This document shows, one piece after another, positions 46,601 to 57,600 of a DNA stretch of 64,000 bases. Position numbers and translations under genes: made by a program. This DNA comes from Camelus dromedarius (taxonomy: Eukaryota): positions 2,170,001 through 2,234,000 of the forward strand of contig NC_087462.1 of the NCBI RefSeq assembly GCF_036321535.1, given 5' to 3'. The notes below the pieces were generated by a model. It saw only the letters and a list, made by a program, of their open reading frames with translations. It ran no database searches and was not told the origin of the DNA. Every line of letters begins with the position of its first letter. The first letter of the stretch is position 1.

Positions 46601-48759
46601 TGGGCTGAGGCCACTACACTGATTCAGGAGAGCATGGTGGGGGCTGGCCAGGCAGAAGCAGGTGCAGGGAAAGGAGGGGCAGGTGAGGGCAGGGCCCCCA
46701 GACACGTCCAGGGCTTCTCCTGGAGTCAGGATGCTGTTTGCCAGCAAGCTAGGGTAGCGCTCTGGTGCCCTGGGAGCTCTGGGCAGGCTGTGCAAGTGAC
46801 TGCCAGGTGCCCAGCCCCAGGTACGCTGTTCCACCTGCACGGCTGCACTGTTCTGTTTTTTATTCCCGTCCTGCTCAGGTGAGCCTGGGCCGGCACCTGC
46901 ACCACCCTGAGCCTCAGTTTCTGGTCTGTGAAATGGGAGTGATTGTAACTGCTCAGTAGGTTCTGGGAGCACCAGCACACAGTAGCTACCAGTTCAGTGA
47001 TCAGCAGCAATAATTCAGGAGGCTTGGGTGGGAGGGTGTCCCCCGGCATGGGAAGCAGGGATGTGGGAACCCAGAATATTCACTGAGATGGACCATGGGG
47101 CAACTAATTACTCCCCCTGTCTGAGCCCCTGTTTTGTCCCTGTAAAATGGGGCCACAGCCACAGAATCCCTGTGGAGCCTGGCCAAATGCCAGCACAGAA
47201 AGGTGTCTAGCCTGTTATTATGCTGTCCCAGCCCCGTGTTACACCTAGGGCAATGGAGCCCCAGAGAGGGCTTAGCCTGGAGTCACACGGCCAGTTGGGC
47301 AAAGAGATGCCCCTGGAACAGACGACCTAGCTCCAAGCCACTCTGAGCGCCTCAGTTTCCAAATCCATGAAAATGGGCACACTGCTGGGGTCACTAGGAA
47401 TTACTAGACACCTAGGAAGAGGCTGTAAGGGTTTATCTGGCCAGCCTGAGATTCTGCTTGGACACTTTCCTCCTAGGGTACTGGGGTGACATGTGGGGAG
47501 TGGTCTTTGGTCTCCGCCCCTACCCAGTTCCCCTCAGGTGCTGGCAGAGGAGGAGAGAGCAGATTCCTGGAGGCTCCTGGGTTAGCTGGGGCCATTCTGG
47601 CCAAGGAGGGGCAGTAGTAGCCAAGCTCCTCTGCCTGGGAACTGCAGCCCTGTCTGTTGGCGGGGGGTGGGGGGTGGGTGGGCAGACTTTGCTTCATCTG
47701 CCCCGTAGCAGGGCTGGAACTGGACAATCCAGCCTGCCCCAGATATCTGCTGCACACCCATGGTGTGCCCACCCAGTCTCTACCAGACCCAGACACATTC
47801 AGGGGGGAAGCAGGCAGTGTGGCCAAGTCTCTCTGCATGGGTTCAAGTCCTGGCTGCATTCGCTCAGCCCGATTGCCTAACCTTGAGGCCCCTCTGCCCT
47901 TCTCTGAATCTGTATGGAGCTCCTAGGATTGTATGTAGCTCCTGGCACTCAATAAATGTAAGTCGTGATTATTATTATTTTCATGCACTATTTTCTCTTT
48001 CCAAAAGCCCATTCTGTGCATGGCAAACTCCTACTCAAGACATCAAGGCCCCACTTGCAATGTCCCCTCCTCCAGGAAGCCCTCCTGGGCCCCCAGGCCA
48101 GATTCCTGTTACTTTCTTGGGTTACTCCTGCCCAGAGGTCTCTCCCTCTGCTATTTTTCCCTTTTCTATTCAGGACCTAGAGCAGTAGGATGGGCTTCTC
48201 AAAAGAGGATTTCTGCTGATCCTCGAAGAACCATGGGGGCCGAGATGGGCAATGCTTTGGTGACATTCCACACCCTGCCCTGGGCCTAGTGTAGAAATCC
48301 CTTGTATCACCACTGGCTGGGGTCTCCAGCCCTAAACTTGGTCTTTCCTGCTGAATATCCCCCAGTTTTCCCAGAATTCCTCAGATTCAATCGAGAGGCA
48401 TTTGTTTTGTACCTGTTGTATGCTAGGCCCTATCAGGATTATTCCAATTATTCATGCAACAGACATACATTAGGTGCCTACTGTGTGCCAGGCTCTGCTG
48501 GAATAATCACACTCATTTGTCTGCAAGCATCTATTGACTGCCAGCTATGTGTAAGCATTTATGCAGCACCGAATGCATGCCGGGCTCCGGGAAGAGAGGC
48601 TACAGGAAGGCCAGGGGAGGAAAAAAGTCTCCCGCTCATCCTCCCTCCAGGCTTGGGCCCTCAGATTTCCAGCCTCCTCTTGTGTTCCAGGCAGTGGGTT
48701 AAAGTTGTGGGTGCTTCACCGGGAGTGACTGAGTTCCAATCCGCTTGTCAGCTTACTGG

Positions 48760-50130
48760 CCTGAGAGCGGGGGCGAGCCCCTTCCGGTCTCTGACCCGCT
48801 CTGTCCATGCAGGCGCCCAGCAATCTGAGACGTTTGGCTCTCACCGTCTACCTTCCGCAGAGAAGGAAACTGCAGTTCTAATAAGCAGGCTCCAGTGTTC
48901 CGTGCTGCCCCCGAGCAAGACAGGGAGGGGGCCACGGCTTCGCCCCACGAGGGGCAGGGCCGGCCGGAGGCTGCCCGGCTCTAGAGCCCCGATGCCCGCC
49001 TCCCCGGCCGGCCTCCCCCGGCTCCCCCGGGGCTGCCTAGTCGGTGGGTGACACAGCCCGAGGAACATCAGGAGGGGGAGCCGGGGCGGGAGCCGGGCCG
49101 CTCGCAGCGCCCGGGCGTCGCGTCCTCGGCGGGGGCGTCCTCGGGCCCTCGCGGGCGGCTTCCGGGGCTGCGGCCCCTCCGCGGCCGCACGTGCGCGCTC
49201 CGCCCGCGGGCGCATGCGGCTCCCGGCTCCCGCCCCCGGCAGGGCTGCCAGGGAGGCAGGCCGAGGCCTTGGCTCGGCTGCCGGCGAAGCCAGGAATTCG
49301 CTCCCAATGTAAACAGCGAGTTATTTTAAGTCTGCCCCCTCCCCGGGTGGCGCTGACACATTTGACATTGGAGGGGACGGGGGTGGGGGGGGGGCGTGTG
49401 TGGGTATTTTTAACCTTGTTTTTCACGTCCGAGGTGCCACCCGGAGCCTGGGGTGTGCCGAGGGGCGGCGCGGGGCGCGGGGCGCGGGGCGGCCTCCCCG
49501 CCCTGGCACCGACGCCCCCACGGCCCGCGCGCTGCTGCGCCCACAAAATGGCCGCCGGGCCGGAGAAGCGTCTGGAAGCGGGCAGGCAGCGCTGAGAAGA
49601 TGGCCGCCGGGGAGCTGATGTCACAGGCGGCGCGGCCGCCAGCAGCGGCCTCGGGGGCGAGCCCCGGCCTGCAGGCCTCGGCGCGGGCCCCGCGGCCCAG
49701 GGGCCTGGCCGCCGGCCTCGGGCGGACGCCCCTCGCCCAGGCCGAGGCCGCCGTGGGCCCGGCCGCGCCGCCCTGCCCGCCGGCCCGGGGCCCCCACGAG
49801 TGCCCGGCGGGGCCCGCGGCCAGGCCGCGGAGCAGGCGGGGGCGAGAGCAGGCCGGGTGGGAAGAAAAAAGAAACTTTTCTTTGAAAGTGATTCCGAAGC
49901 AGGTTGGCTGGGGCCCAAGCGGCCGGCGGCGGCAGGGCAGAGGGAGATGGAAAGTGTGGTCCAGACTCGAGGAACGCGGCGGGTCAGGAAGGACACGGCG
50001 GGGGAGGCCCGGGCGGGGGCCGGCGTCCAGCGGGTCGCCCTGGCCATGGCCTCCTGCCTCGCGGCCCCGACGCCTTGTCCAGATTTCCCCCGGGACCGAC
50101 GAGGGCCGTGAACGTCTAGCATCTTGCATT
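48760..50130. promoter_or_regulatory. Intragenic CpG island in NFIC intron 2
   Basis: About 1.4 kb of extreme GC/CpG; two AANATGGCCGCC (YY1-type) motifs, GCGCATGCG (NRF1-type), CCAAT and TGTAAACA. Confidence 0.8.
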
Positions 50131-50689
50131 TTTCGTTTGATTTGTCCAAACGGCCCCTGGAGGAGTGGCCCACAGGGGGTTTAGATCCTCTGTACCAAGG
50201 TGTAGGGGCTCAGAGAGGGAGAGTACTTTCGCTGAGGTCACACAGCATTGGCGAGAATGGTAGCCAGTTCGCAAGGTTGCTGGCCTTGGGGGCCCACAGT
50301 CTTGAACCTGCAAGGGCAAGAGGGGTGTCTCCAAGAAGAGTCAAGGTTTGCACTGGAATTCCTTGAAGCCCAGGGCAGTTTCAGTTCTGGTCCTCCTGCC
50401 ACACTACCAGGGAAGTCCAAGTTCCGTCTAACCTGAGGCCTCCCTGTTGTGGCTCAACCCTTGGCCCTCCTCAGGATGGCTGGGAGGAAACCTTGACCAT
50501 GAACCTCGTGGGGAGGAGCTTTGTGTCTCTTCTGTTCATTGCTGTGTCCCCAGAGCCTAGGACAGGGCCTGGTACACAGCAGGTGCTCAATACACGTGTT
50601 GAATGAAGGAATCACGGTTTCTGATTGAGAACGTGAATCCCTGAACTTTCAGAGCTTCAAGCCCAAGTCCTGTGGACATCTAAGCCGCA

Positions 50690-51000
50690 TTTGAGCAGAG
50701 GCCTGAATAAAACAAGAGAGGGATCCAGGCAAGTGTTTGTAGGAAAGTCATTCCAGGCAGCAGGAACAGCGTGTGTAAAGGCCCTGGGGCAGGACTGCAT
50801 CAGGCCTGGTGTGTTAGAGGAACAGCAAGGAGGCCCTTGAGGCTGGAACATAGTGAGCCAGGGGGAGACAGGGAAGAAGTGAGGGCGGGAAGGGGACAGG
50901 GAAGGTTGTGCAGGGCCCTGTGGGCTGAAGGGAGGACTTGGGACTTTCATATGTTTAAAGACGCAGACTCAGTCCAGTGTGATTGGAATTAGGATAAAGT
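50690..51000 (-). mobile_element. L2 fragment
   Basis: ATTCCAGGCAGCAGGAACAGCGTGTGTAAAGGCCCTGGGGCAGG..GAGGAACAGCAAGGAGGCC. Confidence 0.75.
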
Positions 51001-51618
51001 TTAGACCAGGGGCCAGAGGAGGATGTTGCAGAGGAGGGCATGCTAGCTTGGGGCTTGGAGAGATGGATGGAGTTTGCTTAAGAGCGAGAAGGGCAGGGAA
51101 GGTTCATGGCAACCATGAGAAGGGTGGAGGCCAGGGTCAGGTGTATGGCATGGCCTTCCAGGACAGCGAAATTGAACCTCAGCTGGCTGATGTTTAAAAA
51201 TGGATGGTGACACCCGGGAGCTGGGAATTCCAGGGCCTGGCTTTGGTTCTCTCTCTAGCTGGCTGGTGTTGGGAGGCGGACGTGGCAGCCCGGCAGAGCC
51301 AGCTACATTTGGAAGCCCGCTAAAGTTGGAAAAGAAACCGTGCGGGCGAGCTCACCATGGCAGCGATGCTGGTCCAGCCGAATGGGGACCCTGGACTCGC
51401 CTGCACTCACCAGGTTTAAATGAGTGTGATTATGGTTTCAGCAGGTCCTGTCCTTTCTACATCCCAAGGATAAATTAAGTGTGACTCCTATGTCCACCCC
51501 AGGCCGTCACCTGGGCCAGGCTGTGCTGCCCTCCAGGATGCTGGCCCACCCCTCCCCCCGGTTAACCAGACCCTGAGAGTCCAGAATTCACTCAGCAGCC
51601 AGATGTCTTTTATGTTCA

Positions 51619-51642
51619 TGTGTGTGTGTGTGTGTGTGTGTG
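51619..51642. repeat. (TG)n microsatellite
   Basis: About 12 uninterrupted TG units. Confidence 0.9.
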
Positions 51643-51649
51643 CACTTTA

Positions 51650-52310
51650 TGGTGGTAAAATGTATGTAATATAAAATGCACCACCTTAACCATTTTTAAA
51701 GGCACAGTTCAGTGGTGTTAGGCACACTCACACTGTTGTGCAGCCATCCCCATCATCATCTCCAGAGCTTTCTCATCTTCCCAAACTGAAACTCTGTCCC
51801 CACTAAACACTGACTCCCCAGCCCCCTCCCCCAGGCCCTGCCCCTACTGTGTACTCTCTGTCTCTGTGGATGTGACTCCTCCAGGGACGCCTGTGAGTGG
51901 AATCAGACAGTATTTACCCTTTTGCGTCTGGTTCTCTCACTGAGCATCACGTCCTCAAGGTCCATCCACATGGGAGCGGGTGTAAGAATTTCCTTCCTTT
52001 TTAAGACTGAGTGATAGTCCTTTGTAGGGATGGACCACATTTGTTTACCTGTTCATCTGTTGATGGACACTTGGGGTGTTTCCACCTTTGGGTTTCTGTA
52101 AATCATGCTGGTGTGAACACGGGTGTGCAAGTATCTGAGCCCTGTTTTCAGTCCTTTTGGGGATATACGTAGGTGTGGAATTGCAGTCATATGGTGAGTC
52201 TATGTTTAACTTTGAGGGGCCGCCAAGCTGTTTTCCACTGCGGTCGCACCATTTTACATCTCCACCAGCCGTGCACTAGGGTTCTGATTTCTCCCACATC
52301 CTTGTAGCCA
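51650..52310 (-). mobile_element. L1MB-type 3' end
   Basis: GGTAAAATGTATGTAATATAAAATGCACCACCTTAACCATTTT..CTTCCCAAACTGAAACTCTGTCCC..TGTTGATGGACACTTGGGGTG. Confidence 0.85.
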
Positions 52311-52369
52311 GAGACGTTTTAACATGCAACATAGACCCAGCCATATCCTCTTCATGGCCTATGAGAATA

Positions 52370-52790
52370 AAACCCAACTTCCCACACAGCCCAAGGGGCC
52401 CTGAGTGGTCTGACGTCACTCACCTTTAGTCCCGTGTTTGAGCCATGTGCTCTGTCTGGTACTCCAACATCCCATGCTTGTTCCTGCCTCAGGGCCTTTG
52501 CACTTGCTGCACCATCTGCCCTTAGCTCTCCCCACAGTTGGCTCCTTCCCATTCCTAGGTCCTCAGAGAGGTTCCACCTGACTTTTCTGTCAAAAGTCAC
52601 CCCCACAGCCACTTTCTGTCCTCTCACCCAGTTTTATTGCCTCAGTGGAACTCAGGTCCACTGAAATTATCTCCGGCTCCTTCTGTTGGCTCGTTTCCTG
52701 TCTATCTCCTCTCCCTGGGCTCCCTGCTAGCTCCCCAGTGCCTGGCAAGTAGTAGGTGGTCGATGAACACCTGGGAGATGAATGACAGGG
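52370..52790 (+). mobile_element. L2 fragment
   Basis: CTCAGGGCCTTTGCACTTGCTG..CCCAGTGCCTGGCAAGTAGTAGG. Confidence 0.7.
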
Positions 52791-53229
52791 CGGTGCCTTG
52801 ATCTCCAAATTAGGAACTGCGGGAGTCTTAGCCACCGGGATAGAAGGGGTTGTCTGGTGCAAAGAGGGTGGGTGCTCCAGGGCGGGAAGGGCTAGACCTG
52901 GGGCCACGGCAGTGCCTTTGTCATGGGCTGGGACAGACCAAATTTGGGCTCGTGGCCACTCACAGGAAAGAACAGTTTGTACGCTCCATCAGTGGGACCC
53001 AGTGTACATTTCTATTGTTGCTATGATCATGTGTTTGAGCGAAAGGCCACAGGGGGTGGTGACGTTCCAACTGCCCATGAACACCCTGTGGACCTGGAAG
53101 TTGAGAGAACTGGTCCTGGGCCAAACCAGAGTGTCACTTGAAATACAGCTGCTGTCCAGGGCCAGTGCCACTTGTACTGGTGTGAGTGTGGTTAGCCATG
53201 CTTCTTGCATGGTGCTGAAACAGCCTTGT

Positions 53230-53550
53230 GTGTCTCTCGGAGAAGGGGACCTTTGAGGAAGGTCTTGGAGTGAGGGGAGAGTGTGAGCCATGTAGATCCC
53301 GAGGGAATAGTGTTCCAGACAGAGGAAACAGCCTGTGCAAAGGCCCTGGGGCAGGACTGTGCCTGGTATGTTGGAGGAACAGCCAGGTGGCTGGAGCAGA
53401 TTGAGCAAGGAGGAGAGAGGGAGGAGGGGAGGGGAGGGCAGTGAGGGGACAGGGCAGGTCGTGCAGGGCCTGGTGGGCAGCAGGGAGGACTTGGGCTTTT
53501 ACCCAGAGGGAGGTGGGAGCCCTGGAGGACTGTAGGCAGAGGAAGGACAA
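53230..53550 (-). mobile_element. L2 fragment
   Basis: GCCTGTGCAAAGGCCCTGGGGCAGGACTGTGCCTGGTATGTTGGAGGAACAGCCAGG. Confidence 0.8.
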
Positions 53551-55727
53551 ATTTCATTTAACTTCTGAGTTGGGAAAAATTCTGTCACCAAAACAGTATA
53601 TGTCCCTTTGACTGTGATTGGCCCCTCCCCTCCCGGGACCCCTCTGACCTCAGCCTCACTGCCGTATAAAGTAACGCAACTGAGGAGAACGCCCGCTTTA
53701 CAGTTGGGGAAAACCGAGGCTCAGAGAGGCGAGACCCCTGACTAGTCCCAGGTCACACGCCCAGTTGTGCCAGGGCTGGGGCTCAAACCCAGGTTTTGGG
53801 GGGCAGCTCTAGTTTCTAAAAGATACCGCAAGGTCAGACAAGCACCTGGGAACCTGCAGCTCCTTCCTCAAGATGCCAGTGCATTTTCAAGACTCTGAAG
53901 CATCCCACAGCTGCCCTGGGAAACCCGCAGCGATGCCCATACCTTTTGACCCCAAACGCCACGCTGGGGTGGATTCTGTGACCACCTCGGGGCACACCCA
54001 CAGGAAATCCCCCAAATCCCCAACTCGGCACTGAGAGCATGCATCTTGGTTTCGCGGTCCTGCTCTAGTGTGTCCAGGTTTCCCTTGTGCGGTCGAGGAT
54101 CCATTTTGAGCAGCATCAAGTGCCAAATCGAATGCCTGATATGAGCCAGGCTGCAGAGAACCACGTAGGCAGGGATGGGCAGTGGGGGACCCTGGGGAAG
54201 GGGCCCAGGTCAGCAGAAAACTCATAAACAGGCAGATACTTTAAAGCCGGCGATGGGCATGATGTAAAATACAACGAGATGTTCACGTATGTGTTTTTAA
54301 GATGGGAGCAGATAAAACCGGGTCAGACTGTCCGCTTTCCTTGCTGTGTGACCTTGGGTAACTTACTCACCCTTTCTGGGTAACCTGGGGTTGTCAGCCT
54401 CGGTCAAGGGTTGCTGTGGGGTGTTAGACAGGACTGTCAAATGTGTAGCCTGATGTCTGGTGTTGGTGAGCTGTCTGTGCTTGGCAGTTGCTCTTATTGT
54501 TATTTCTCATTAGTATTATTGTTATTAATTATTACTGTTAACCAGTGTCTTCTCACTCTACTCATCAGCTCCCACCTCAGTGTTCTGAAAATTTCCCTGA
54601 CCTATGCAGCAGGGGCTGGGGACTCTGCTCCCACGGGGTGCTTGTCAGTGTGAGTGGAGCAGGGACACGTGAATGATTTTTCTGCCCCTAGTGTCCCCAG
54701 CACCACAGTTAGTGATGGAAGGGATCTTAAGCAGAGGCAGAGCGGCAAGGGACCCCCAGCTGGGGGCTTTATCCAACTGGTTAGAGAACAGGGTCCAAAC
54801 ATGGGGGTCACCTCAAACCACTGACAAGAAAGGGGTCCTGGAGTCAGGGGTGGGGAGAACTGAGCCCCCCTCCAAGGGCCCACTGGACCCCTCTTAGTCA
54901 AAAGGACAGTACCCAAATGTGAATCCTAAGGGTGTCTGGGCGGTAAGCCCAGGCCCATGGCTGCCACCTGGTGCTGTGTGAGTTTGAATATGTCACCACC
55001 TCTCTTTGTGCCTCAGTTTCTCCATCTGGAAAATGGGGGTGATAATCGCATGTCCCTCCTGGGGGAGTTTCGAAGATGAGATGAGTCAGTGGAGGCGAAA
55101 CCTGCAGCCTGACATAGTCAAAGGAGTGACTCACTAAGTATTAACTATTGGAATGTACCATTGCATCCAGTGTGGCCTTGTCAAGCCTCTCAGGCGCTTC
55201 AGTCGCAGCCCCTCACTCCCATCTCCCATCTCCGGGCTGTGTGACCTCCCTGGCACCTGGCACAGCCTGAAGTGATATTCCTGGTTTATCTGCTTCCTTG
55301 TTCCTTGCCTGTCGCTTCCCCATGAGGACAGCAGTGCCACGAGGGCAGGGGATTTTGCCCATCTCGGTCGGTCCCTGCTGTGTTCTCCCAGGCGTCTGGC
55401 ACCCAGGAGGTGCACAGCAGTCAGTTTGCCCAGTGATCACAGGAAACGGCAGTGCATTTCAGCTCCAGGTTATCAATGAGGCCATAGAGGCTCCGGGATG
55501 TCAAAGTACTTGCAGGAAGACACAGCGGGAGACTTTCAACAAAGTAATTGTTTTAGACCTGGTAGGTTGCCTGCAGTGTCTCTCTCATATTCTTCTTTCT
55601 CTTTTTACAACCCTTTAAAATTGTAAAGGAGCCCTTTTTTTCCCGTTATTACCTTCCCTGAAGAGTGCTTTTAGATGTTTTTTTCCCCAATCACTCCAAA
55701 TCATGAAATTTTAATAACACAAATGTT

Positions 55728-55782
55728 ATATATATATATTTATGTAGTATATATATGTATATGTGTGTGTGTATATATATAT
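55728..55782. repeat. Compound (TA)n/(TG)n low-complexity tract
   Basis: TATATATATATTTATGTAGTATATATATGTATATGTGTGTGTGTATATATATAT. Confidence 0.85.
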
Positions 55783-55876
55783 CTACGTTTTATACATCAA
55801 AAGAGCAAAATTTTTAGCTCCCTCCATCCCCCCAAGGACCAGTTATTGCCCCCACTGAGAATGGATGGATCTAGAC

Positions 55877-56066
55877 CAAGATTTCTCCCCCTCGGCACTG
55901 CTGACATTGGGGCAGGGTCACCCTCTGGGGAATCATCCCGGGCACTGTGGGGTGTGGAGCAGCCTCCCTGGCCCCCACCCAAAGCCAGGAGCCCCCTAGT
56001 CATGACGGCCACAGATGTCCCCAGACATCATCTTGGGGGCAGGATCGCCCCAGTTAAGAACCTCTG
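55877..56066 (-). mobile_element. MER20 (hAT-Charlie)
   Basis: CAAGATTTCTCCCCCTCGGCACTGCTGACATT..CAGATGTCCCCAGACATC..GTTAAGAACCTCTG; left flank ATCTAGAC. Confidence 0.85.
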
Positions 56067-56417
56067 TGCTAGGCAGACAGCTTCTTCGAATGGACATCAG
56101 CTTTGGGATATAGACTCTCTGAGCTGGGCCTCAGTTTACCAACCTCATCAATTGGGTAGATTTAATCATCTCGTGCCAGGAAGCTCTTAAAACAGTGAAA
56201 ACTCAGCAAATGAAAGCTGCCTGCTTGGGGGATGGGGCGTCCTGGGGCGTTGGACATTAGCCAGCTTCTGGCATTGTCCACTCGGGGTATCTATTCAGAC
56301 CAAAGGAAGGTCCATTTTAGGGCTGGGTCTTTAAGTAGATGGAAGGAGAAAGAATTATCTGTGTCCTTTCTTTCTTTTTTTTTTTTTTTTCCTGCTTTTT
56401 CATGGAAACACCCAGAG

Positions 56418-56613
56418 CAGTTCAGCCCAGTAGAACTTTCTGTGATGATAGCATAATTGGCACCGTCCAGTTTGATCGCCACCAGCCACGTGTGACTGTC
56501 GAGTATTGAAAGGTGACTGGTATGAATGCAGTCCTGAAATTTTAATTCAGTTTCAGTTGGGCCAATTTAAATTTCAAATCTCGTGGCTGGGAACTCCTAT
56601 CCTGGATAGTTCT
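56418..56613. mobile_element. MER3-like hAT-Charlie MITE
   Basis: CAGTAGAACTTTCTGTGATGAT..CCACCAGCCACGTGTGACTGTCGAGTATTGAAAGGTGACT..AATTTAAATTT. Confidence 0.7.
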
Positions 56614-56709
56614 ATAAGACGGGAAGTTCTCAGGAGCCAAATGACAGGCAAGTGATCAGCAGGTAGTTGAGAAGTATTTCAAAGTTTTAGAGATAATTAG
56701 AAATAAGAT

Positions 56710-57090
56710 GGCACAAGAAAAAGAAAGGAGATTGTGACACCTGCTCCAATGTGGACAAACCTTGAGGATGTGATGCTCAGTGAGAAAACCAGACACAGAA
56801 GGACACATACTCTCTGAGTCCACTCACAGGAGAACCTAGAGAAGTCACATCCACAGAGACAGAAAGTAGATGGTGGGGGCCAGGGGCTGGGGGAGGGGGT
56901 GGGGGGGGTCAGTGTTTCATGGGGGCAGAGTCTCAGCTTGGGAAGATGAGAAAGTTCTGAAAATGGAGGGTGGGGATGGTTGCATGACAATGTGAATGTG
57001 CTTAATGCCACTAAACTACACTTAGAAATGGTTAAATGGTAAATTTTATGTGTATTTCAACACCACTAAAAATCAAGTTAAAAAAATTTC
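56710..57090 (+). mobile_element. L1MB-type 3' end
   Basis: TGTGGACAAACCTTGAGGATGTGATGCTCAGTGAG..GGAAGATGAGAAAGTTCTG..AATGGTTAAATGGTAAATTTTATG. Confidence 0.85.
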
Positions 57091-57169
57091 ATGAGATGGC
57101 ATATAGTTACAGCATCATATTATATAGAAACTACACTTATTTAAATTTAAAAAGACCCTAGGAGTATAG

Positions 57170-57600
57170 AAAAAAAGGGAGAGTTTGTTTAGCCCAATAA
57201 AGGGATCTGCTGAAACCCACAGCTAACATCATTCTCAGTAGTGAGAAACTGGATGTGTTCCCCTGAAGACCAGAAGCAAGGCAAGGACACTTGCTCTCAT
57301 CACTTCCAGTCGACATGGTTCTGGAAGTCCTAGCCAGTGCGATAAGGCAAGAAAAGGAAATCAGAGGCATACAGATTGGAAAGGAAGAAATAAATCTAGC
57401 CCTACTTGCAAATGACATAGAAAACCCCAAGGAATCTACCAAAAAAAAAAAAAAAGATTCTTAGAGCTCATACGTGAGTTCAGTAAGTTTACAGAATACA
57501 AGATTAACACCCCCAAACCAATCAAATTTTTAAATGCTGGCAGTGAACAACTAGAAACCTAAATTAAAAACACAGTCTCATTTATAATCACTCCCCAAAC
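57170..57600 (+). mobile_element. Decayed L1 ORF2 reverse-transcriptase fragment
   Basis: Translates in pieces to KPTANIILSSEKL.. and ..[33 protein letters not shown], the L1 RT region around the FADD motif; frameshifted. Confidence 0.85.

Noticed and set aside
49037-50184. 378-aa, 243-aa and 239-aa ORFs in the intron-2 CpG island
   Set aside because: Open on several frames and both strands simply because stop codons are depleted at high GC; no domain similarity.
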